Positions 12,279 to 21,739 of a stretch of 64,000 nt of DNA are shown here, one piece after another. The stretch comes from Salisapilia sapeloensis CBS 127946 (taxonomy: Eukaryota; Protista; Oomycota), in the NCBI GenBank assembly GCA_023334545.1, contig JAADVB010000066.1, positions 1 to 64,000 on the forward strand, written 5' to 3'. The notes under the pieces were generated by a model. The model searched no databases. It saw only the letters and a program-made list of their open reading frames with translations, and was not told the DNA's origin. Position numbers and translations under genes: made by a program. The stretch's first letter is position 1. Each line of letters starts with the position of its first letter.

Positions 12279-14025
12279 TCAATTGAAAAGTTTTGTCTCT
12301 TCTACCGGTAGCTTTAGCTGTTGGAACTGCTTCCACACCCGGTTAGAGCCTCCGACGGCAAAGAGCATGATGCGTTTCATGATCCGACTGCTTGAAGATG
12401 GCCGCATGCCACGAGCACAGCATTCTTGGATCGCTTCCAAGTATGTGTTGACACTATGTCGCCCCTGGCTCTTGACTGTCCATTGACGCAAAGCTTCTAG
12501 TAGCCAACGTAAGCATCCGACTGGCAGCACGAGGAGCTGGTCCTTCTTTACACCTATGATATCTCCATTGCTCTGGATGTACATAAAGTGATGATCGTCC
12601 CACACCGTCATGCTCTGCTTTGCGTCGATGCATGCTAGTCGTAGGTGCTCGAGACAGCCATCGAAGCCTCTATTACCAGGTGCGGGATGCATACGACTGC
12701 ACACGCGAGAGTTGAGGACGTGCATGGGGAAGAACGGACGAAGGTGGTGCATGACAACTTCGTTGTGTCCACAAACTTTTCCGTACGACCCGCCCCACGC
12801 GTCCATGTCATCTGGATAAGGGTTTGGCTGCCATTGCTTCATCCACTTTTCACGCGACTGTTTGTATGCAGACTGGAGGGAGAGGGAAGTAGCATCTTTC
12901 GATGCGCCGTGACGAATGGAACCATCCCAATCGCCATCGAATGTCGCTCCAGACGCATTATCCAGCCAACATGTAGTAGCTGACAGACGTTGGGCAGTGA
13001 TGGAAGTGCCGACGGTAGCGTTGAGTGACGTCATGTGCAGTAACTCTAGCTTGTCTTTCAAATGCTCCTTATCGGCTTTGTTGTGGGATGTTTGAGCAGA
13101 TTGGGAGAGAAGGAGAGTAAGTTTTTGACTGAGAGACTGCAGTTTCTGTTGCTCTGGCGTCTGCTTTGCTGGTTTCGAGTCTTCGTCGTCAGATAGGTCT
13201 GCCTGTTTGGCCATCTTTTTAGCGTAGCTAGAGACAGCATCTCGACTGGAAGCAGACAGATCTACAATTTGGCCAGCAACTGTGACACGTTTCTGGAGTT
13301 GTTGACGCAGAGCTGGTGTCCACTGCATATCAGACGCTTTTGCATCGACAAGTGCCTTGGAGGTTGCTGTGTGGCATACGACCGTAATGCTGCTGAATGC
13401 TTCAAAGACCTTTTCAGCACGCTGGATAACTTGGTCAGGGTTATCTGAGAAGAGGATACAATCCTTAGAACCTGCTATGACCGCCTTGGAGAGGAAGTGG
13501 TCTGGGAGTGTGAGGATGGCATTTGCTTCAGTGTGAGCTCGTTGGATGACTTCCTTCTTCTGGTTGGAGCTCAATTTATGATGAAGGGATAAAGATGGAA
13601 GACCCAGAGTCTTTAAAGTATTTCCTACTTTTGTCGGAGTATGAGGACAGTCTTTCGGAAGCACGATGATAGTCTTCTTGGTAGCATTTTGGACGAGATG
13701 GTATGCTGCTGTTAGCTGTTGAGAGGCATGATCCACTGCAAATACACTGTACGAAATAGTGTTTTTGGATGCATTCTGAGGGATCTTGCTCTTCTTTGAA
13801 GCTGTCTTTGACTGCTTGGGTTGCTTGGACGCTTTGGTACTGCATATCATGGACAGTAAGCTACGATGTGGTAGCATAGATCAAATCATACTACATTTAC
13901 CTCGTTGTTGCTGCACTCTGTGCAAAAGCAGGGTTCACGACAACAAGGGATGATCCAGATGATCCATTTCCTCGCTGCTTCTTCACACTAGGACTGCCTC
14001 GAGTCTTCTGCTTCCGCTTGCCCAT
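12279..14025 (-). CDS. Degenerate helicase-C (DDX24/Mak5-like) region fused to an unknown C-terminal domain; intron 13861-13900
   Basis: Exon 1 MGKRKQKTRGSPSVKKQR… splices in frame to the 532-aa ORF. 'QKRVTVAGQIVD…YAKKMAKQADL…LQSLSQKLTLLLSQ' resembles the DDX24 C-terminal helix. No DEAD or HRxGR motifs. Confidence 0.7.
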
Positions 14026-14135
14026 CGTCGTGTCCACTTATCTGTCCGATTCTTGAAGTTCGTGACATCACCTATTCACTATGCCTTCTATAACATATCC
14101 AATACACAATCTGATTACGATGCAAATGGTGATAT

Positions 14136-17100
14136 TCATTTCTTCCCTACAACTCTCGAACTCCGCTTCAATATCTGCTTTTCCAGTGCGATATCACGTA
14201 CTGTCATCGAATATGTCTTCTTCTTCCCGTTTTTGTCCACGATATTCGTGTCAATCTCGTCAATCAGTTGCTGGACACTTTCGACCGTCGCGTCTTCCCC
14301 GACTGCTGTGCCATCTACTTGCAACACGGCATGTCGCCCAGCTACGATTGCTTTACTCTTTTCGGCTGGTCCAGGACTTGACTTGAATTGACGAATGTAC
14401 ACTGCTTCATCTTCCAAGTTACCAAACCAGATACCAAGCGGTGGTCTCGGAAACAACAATCGCTTCTCTGATACGATCGGATTAGTCGGTCTCGATGACG
14501 TCGGTCCTTGGTCATTCCGTTCTTTTTCACCATTTTCCTGTCTCTGCTTCCATTGATTGTATTCGTCTTTGGAGATAAAGACCGCAGCCATCGGTTCCTT
14601 GGTATTCGCGACAGACTGCAAGACAGTCATGATCTCATTAAACGAGTGGTACGTCGGAGCTGTCATGGGTTCATCATTCAGTTTAAACAACACGTCACCC
14701 ACCTCCACTTTACCCGATTGTTGGGCAAAAGACGGGAGACGAGTGAAACCTGCAATAGTTACAAGTGGATGAAGTGTCATCTCCTTATTCTCTTCCTCAT
14801 CGCTTTCGTCGTCTGATCCATAACAGTCGACATCAACCGAATCCAGCGATACCATAGGTGGCCAGCTGCGCATCTTTAGAACAGAATCAGGACTAGCCAC
14901 GAGTTTCAGATGTGCAGGCCGTTGCGTCGTGTGCTTCATCTCGAGAAGGATCTCCGGCAGTGTCTTAAACCTCAAATCCACGTCGTTCAGCCCCACAACG
15001 AGCATACCAGGCTCAATGACACCGAGTGCCTCAGCAGGGTTCTTTCGACCGTCACGTAGTTGGCTAAAACCCAGGACGACGGCACCAAAGGGTGCTGCCG
15101 GTCGACGTCGCAAGCGCAGTCCGAACGCTCCTTCCTGCTTAAATGTCGCCGTGACGTATCTCGGTCGTGGTGGAGCTTTGGCCTGTCGGTTCGCAACTGG
15201 ATCCTCTGGTGCTAATGTAAACCGAATGGAAAACGGAGCTTGAAGTTGGTTTTTGAGTATCATCTGCAGCTCTTCTAGCGTTAGTTTCGCACAGCTAAGA
15301 CCGTTGATAGCCAACACACTTGCTCCCATCGGTATAGCTGCTAACTGATCACTTAGAGCATAGGCATCTTCCAGCACATGACTGACAACGACGTAGTTAT
15401 TAAACACTCCTTTCGCAAAAGCGAACGGGACGTCGTCTTTGTTATTGAACGTAATGTCCGTCGCAAGCGTCGGATCTAACTCGCATGGTTCCGCTCCTCG
15501 CCAAGCACTCGCCTCTGGTAAATCCATGACATTGATATGCATGAGCTGGAACATGAGCGGCCAGTACTTGTCCATCTGCGTATTCAACTGTCCAAGTAAC
15601 CTCATCATATGCCTTAACAACCTCTTCTCCATACTACGTGCCAAGTATTCTCGAATGAGCTCAGCAAAGACACTTGCCAAGAGATTATACACCGAACTGA
15701 ACCAACTACCTTGGATACTCAGTTTCAATTCATCTTGGATCGCAATCTCCAACGAATGGAGAGCTAATGTCGGCTTCCAACTGCCGTCTTTCAGCGTTCG
15801 CTCAGCCTTGAACCCGAGCGTGATGAGACCTCCACTCAACTCGGCATTCGCGACACCTCCACCATTCAAGAAAGGAAAGTGCTTCTGACTAAACGTCCAC
15901 TTGAACCCTTTCAACATCGCTGTCAACTGCGTCGCTCGAACACGTAGCAGTTCATCTTGGACGGAGCGACCCATACGGACTTTTACTCGATCCTTGCGCA
16001 CCCTAAACGACGACAGATCGAGCTCCGAGACTGCATACTCGACATTCTCCTCCACGCCATTAATCGTATCGACGTGGATGGCTGGTAAGACGGACGTGAA
16101 AAAGTCTAGACACCTGTCTTTCACTTGATCCAGCACTGCCTGTCGCTTCATCCGGTCATTCGACAGCTCTGCACCCCATGCAGCGAGTTTATCAACTCGA
16201 ACGTCTGCTAGTGCTTTGGTCATATGTGCGTACAATTGGTCTGGTTCTTCATCCACTGCCTGCAGCCATTTCTGAGCTCGACTGACAAGACGGCGACCTT
16301 GTGTCGACTGCTGCAGACGACTCCAGTACTGCTGTCCAGAGACTCGCCAAGCATCTGCTGCAGCAGTTGCAATCGGCAGCAGATCTTCCGCTTTCTTCAT
16401 CAAAGCGTTCGGATCCAGTTGCGATAGAGATGTGACGCCTAGGTGGGTACTAGCAGCTCTCTCCACCTGTGCAATGACTTGCTGAGCATGTTGTATCTGT
16501 TTATCATGTTGTTGGAGCTGAAGTAAAAGCCGTTGTTTAAATGCTTCCGGGTCTTTCGGCATCTGCTCCACCACCGAACTGCTCTGTACGCGTTGGTATT
16601 GACTCTCCAGTGCTTCTAGTACCTGCGATACAGCCACACGTTGATTTTCAAGGTTTCCACCATCCACACTCTCCGTCGATTGCTCCAGCACTTGTCCACC
16701 TGACTCTAGCTGGCGATGGAGGAAGGCATCTAGCTCTGTGGACGCACTTGACTTGAGACTAGATCCAAGCTCCTGAGCTTCGTCACTTGCAGATACTTGC
16801 TGGAGGACACGAGCTGTTTGTGCTAAGAACGCAGATGTCTCTTTGCCACCTAGGAGCTGTGTCTCAAGTGTCTCCTTGGCATTAGCAGCCATCGATCGAA
16901 GTTTTAACAATTCGCTTTGACCGGCAGCTCGTAGGCGATTGGAGGAAGCTGTGAGAGACGGATCTAAGAGAGACATAATGGCACGAGCATACTGGTCTCC
17001 ATAGCTTGCATTCATAGAAATGAGCGATAAGGTTTCCGCATGCTGTTCACAAAAGTTTCGAAGTAACAAATATGTTCGTTCAGCGCGATTGCTTAGGACC

Positions 17101-17700
17101 TGTGCGTCTTCGAGTGAGAGATTTCCTTGGAACTCTTGCTGGAGTTTCTCAGGAGTTACAGGAGACGGCAGTAAGGAGAGGACACGCAAGTCCAATGGAG
17201 TCACGTCTGAAGTCTAGGACAGGCGTTAGATGAATTCGGCTTTTACTGGAATAGAAATGAGGATACAGTGAAATATCCAGTGGCATGGATGTCCAGCGAA
17301 AGGATGTAGGTATCTTGAGCAGGTTGGTACGTCTGGACCGTGGCTAGGGAGTATGGCGTACGAACACGCGTACCAGTCGCTAGTCTTAGCTCAGTTTTCT
17401 AAGCAGTAAATGAGCTATAGAAATTCCTGTGGACATGATACATGTACCGTGAAAGTGAGTGCTTCATCCTGGTCTCCAATGATCCGGTACTTGTTTTCAC
17501 GCACTCTGGTGCAAATCTTATCAGACGAGCCTATCAGTATACAATCGACATGGTGACATACAAGAACGTTTGGACGGTGCCAGTGTGGTCAAATGTCGGA
17601 TGCGGGTACAACACACTCGTTCCTTTCGGTAGTTCTCCACTCTTTAGCATCCTTAGTGCTGGCATCAAATCGCTCCTCTATCAACCTAGTGAACACCATG
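14136..17700 (-). CDS. Large BPI/TULIP-like lipid-binding plus multi-PDZ protein; main exon 14136-17213, further short 5' exons (5' end uncertain)
   Basis: PDZ patterns ('VTATFKQEGAFGLRL…AEALGVIEPGMLVVGLND', 'FPRPPLGIWF…GPAEKSKAI') and a BPI-like segment ('LPAIHVDTINGVEENVEYAVSELDLSSF…FKWTFSQKHFPFLNGGGVANAEL'). An upstream exon 'GTRVRTPYSLATVQTY' joins through intron 17214-17266. Confidence 0.75.
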
Positions 17701-18300
17701 ACCATCCATAAATGAGTTCATAGCTTACGGAAGTATAGAGCTCTGCATTCATGTCGTACAAATGCACTTGTACAGTATCGTATTTTCTATTGCTATCATG
17801 CCATTATGTTAGTCTACGAATATTGATAATATCGAATGCTAGTCGAACCTCATCCGGACGATGCCAGCGCCATAAGGCGTTTTCACTTCATCACCCTCTC
17901 CATATCGTATCGCATTGGAAAACAATGCTGGCATCTTGCGTACGTCCATTTTTGTCGTGTAAACGGACGAAACGGAAGTAGTGCGACAGGCCTAGAAGAG
18001 ATGGCGATCGAGGATTCGTCTTCGCGTTAGGTCGTGTATGGTGTGCCAGAACGGTACCGATTACGCATCATGGATCTTGAAAGGTAGTATCAGGTGTGTC
18101 ATAACAAGAGGAAGTCGGTACAGGAGACTTTCGAGAATGTGAAGGCGTCTACTCATGCATTAAAGTTGGACTAAGAAAATGTGCGGATGTGGGATTGTGT
18201 TGGTTTCTACATAAGTAAGGTTGCTGTGCATGGACTGTAAGACTGTGTGGAAACTGAGGTATCCGCTTCGACTTGGTCTACTTGTCGGATCCGCTCATAG

Positions 18301-18316
18301 ACACTTTCCAATTTGC
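18301..18316 (+). promoter_or_regulatory. INR+FPR core promoter
   Basis: ACACTTTCCAATTTGC begins 67 nt upstream of ATG 18368, which supports that ATG over the longer ORF start. Confidence 0.6.
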
Positions 18317-18367
18317 TCTGCAACGACAACCATCAAGCTCTACAAACCAAACAACAGCAATTCAACT

Positions 18368-19210
18368 ATGCGCCAAGTAATTCGTTTCGTGCTCGCAGCA
18401 TTCATTGCCACAAACTGCATCACGACGACGACAGGATCTCGAGCATTGCGTGCTCTGGGCATAGACGATGATCCAACTCCTTGTCCAGCATCCATGTCCG
18501 GATCAGCAGCCTCTTCGATGCAAGATATTGACTTTTCTACGAATGACTGTGGCAAGCCTTTTGAAGACATTCCTGAAGAATGTCCAGAGGAACCTGAATA
18601 CACCACAGTGGCAGTCCTGGGGGCACCCACGTATTGCATCCGTGGCACTCCATGTGGTCGTAATGGAGGAAGCACTTGTCCAGGACCTCGAAACGATGGT
18701 GAGCTACTTTATGGCGCTACCTGTGAGATATTAGAAGGCACTGGTGGTGCTAGAGGCTGTATAAAGAAAACCAAGTGCTCTGCTTCGGACGATTCTCAGT
18801 CAGGTAGTGGCTCTTTAACAAGCGACAGCAGCGGTGACCCTTCTTCAACTCCAAATTATGACGACGGTCATGATACAATTTCATCAATGTCTCTTTCATC
18901 GCCGTCCATGACAGCATCCGATGGAAATAATGAATCTAATGAAGACATCGAAGAGCCACTAGAGATAGATTGCTCTGGATCAGATGCAGATACTTCGATG
19001 TCCGAGGTCTCTGCAGAGTCTACAGAACAGGATGGCAAATCTGATGAAGCAAGCGAGAGTCGGTCTGTGAGTCAAACTGGTGATGAAGTCACACTAACCG
19101 ACGACTCTGCAAGTTGCTCACAAGTGGAGGACGAAGACGATGGTAAACCGGATGCAGGTGACGTATCAGATAAAGTGGATCATACACATGAACCGCATGA
19201 AGTAGAGTAA
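18368..19210 (+). CDS. Secreted mucin-like protein with an oomycete Cys-rich module and an acidic Ser/Asp-rich tail
   Basis: Signal peptide MRQVIRFVLAAFIATNCITTTTG; 'TVAVLGAPTYCIRGTPCGRNGGSTCPG' resembles the TYCIxGxxC module of oomycete cyst/mucin-like proteins; low-complexity acidic tail. Confidence 0.75.
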   Translation: MRQVIRFVLAAFIATNCITTTTGSRALRALGIDDDPTPCPASMSGSAASSMQDIDFSTNDCGKPFEDIPEECPEEPEYTTVAVLGAPTYCIRGTPCGRNGGSTCPGPRNDGELLYGATCEILEGTGGARGCIKKTKCSASDDSQSGSGSLTSDSSGDPSSTPNYDDGHDTISSMSLSSPSMTASDGNNESNEDIEEPLEIDCSGSDADTSMSEVSAESTEQDGKSDEASESRSVSQTGDEVTLTDDSASCSQVEDEDDGKPDAGDVSDKVDHTHEPHEVE

Positions 19211-21739
19211 AGGTCAACGATGACACTCAACGCAGAGAGATCGACGAAGAAGTCAATTAGCTTGAAGACATGCTTGTGATCTTAAGAGAATCACTAGCAA
19301 GTTAATATCTTTTACACGTTAATTGGGGAGTACGATTCGAGACGCCCGTACAATCGCACCATCAACTTCTTCTCCCCCAAAGCTGCTGTTGTAGTGCTAT
19401 GAAAAATACTTTGGAAGCCTTATCAATTTTCAACACAAGCGATTTTAACTTTGAAATAAACATTTTCTACCACCAGCTTTCTCTTCATCAGCACCTTTAT
19501 TTAAATCGACATTACTATCCACGGCATCAAATAGATAGTCTGCAAGCTTGCATTTTACTTGGAATTATACTCAGGCCGTATCCGCGCTGAATCGGTTTTG
19601 AGAGAAATTGGTGATTTGTCTTTTGTCGGTCGATTCTTGATAATCGAATCAGCAAACTCTGCGGTCGTTGAGAATTGCAGATTTTACTTTGCCACTTACC
19701 ATTGGAAACCTAACTTAACACTTTAATATAACTTTCCCGCCGAACGAGGAGTACAAAGACAAGTGGTCCGTAGTGCCAATGAACACGCTGCCTCATATTC
19801 TTGATCTAACTTGCCTCTCTAGCTCCATCCTCTGTTGTAATTGATGTTTCCATTGTCATACTCGCTGTAGCACGATCTATGTCAAAGCTGCAACATATAG
19901 ATGACGTTCTTGGAGCGAATTAGGCCTGAATCGATATACCCTTCGACATCATCTAGCTTTTCGTCGATTTCAATCAAGCCGATTTAAGAGGCACAGTACC
20001 GATCACAGCTCGCACATGCTTGTTCTCATATTGTATATTTCACCTCACATCATCCACTATATTCATTTCAGCGAACGCGATCTTACTTGCTTTTGGTATA
20101 TCTCCATCTACGTCTTTGATGCAATCAGGAGAAAACGATCTTCGAGGAGACTTCAAGTCAGGCCTAGTCCTCGAAATGTGCACATTTGTAAAAGCTAGCG
20201 AAAGACTCGGTGAGCTCTTCGCTTTACTTGCGCTATTGATCTCTTCGCTATTATTTCGGAGCAAACATAATACAGTGATAGATAGAATAATTAGAAGATA
20301 TTTTTGACTTGCACTGTACGCCGTCCCAATGAAATGGCGAAGAGTTCAATAGCGCAAGTAAATCGATTTCAACTTCAACCAGAATGACTTCCGACAATGC
20401 AGCACGATATGCTTGACACGGTTCCCCGATAAAGCATGATAAAGGAACGGACGCTATACGTAGATAGGAATGAAAAGTAGATAGAGACATACGGCGAACC
20501 GCGAAAGACTTGGGTATTGTTTCCTATTACCAATCATCCATGTTTGTTTTTAAAATGCCTATAGTTCTTTGCTCAATATCCGATTATCCACTCGACGAAC
20601 ACTGCTTTAATATGCAACTGAGTCTAGTTTACGAATGTAGTGGACCCTGTGTGGTTCACGAACTAAAAGACATTTCAAAACACGATGCATTCATGCAAAC
20701 TTTTTTTATTTTTGCCTTCTTTTGATGATACTGCCAAGCCGACTTTAAGACACAGTGACAATTTGCCCTCAAACAATACCCTGATTTCTTAGCTCCTTCC
20801 GTTATAAGCATGCTACATGAAGGTTAAAGAAAATCTACCGGAAATTCCAAATTCTGCATACAAGAGCCTAGCGATGCGGGATTAATTTCTCTGGTGAAGA
20901 TATGAAAATCGATTGACAAAGTTACCATCAAGCTTATGACAATGACTTGTACAACATCTCAGTCTTCAATGCTAATCCCAGATCTTATGGATTCGGTTGT
21001 ATAGATCTGCTTGCTTAATAAGTACACATTTACTGTCATGACAGTTCCAGCACAAAAGTCCAATACCCAGGTGATTTCTGCGTGTTGACTTCATATATTC
21101 ACGGAGATCACCATTTCCCTTTTAATGCTAAGATCTGCACTGAGATACGATGGTGTAAAGGATGTCAATTGTTTAATGGTAAAATGGAAGAAATGTGATA
21201 GTAAACTCGATACGCGTACGAACCTCACTGGACATATGAAAGCCCTTGTACCCAAGTGCCCCTAAGAGCTAAGACGAGCAACCCTCTTGCATGAAGTTTG
21301 ATCGACAGGGTGAAAGTAGTAAGCAATTTATTTGTTTAAAGTACATTCGATATAAATATGCGTAAAATTGACACAAATGGCTAGCCCATTTCTAAAATCG
21401 ATAACAATGATGCGCCAAGGTCAGGTAATAAGTGGTTTAGTCAGTACCTGATTGTCTTGCCCTACCACATTAATGTGCATTTAGAGCACAAACATCGTTT
21501 GCTTTCTACCTTGAGGTCTGAATAAAGTATTTTTCTGTCATTCTGCTACCTGAACGATTTTACGGGTGATCTGTCATTGCTACTATAGCCACAGAAGAAC
21601 TTACTTTACATGATCCATTATTCTGAAGTTTCCCACATAAAGCACTGACTGCTGCTCCTACTATCAAACCTCACTCACATTCAAGTCACAACTCTAACGT
21701 CAGTCTCACTTTCCGTCAAATAAAACGTGTTCAAACTCG

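Noticed and set aside
20850-20960. LRR-like phrase 'SDAGLISLVKI'
   Set aside because: Single occurrence with no repeat periodicity; another frame looks equally protein-like.
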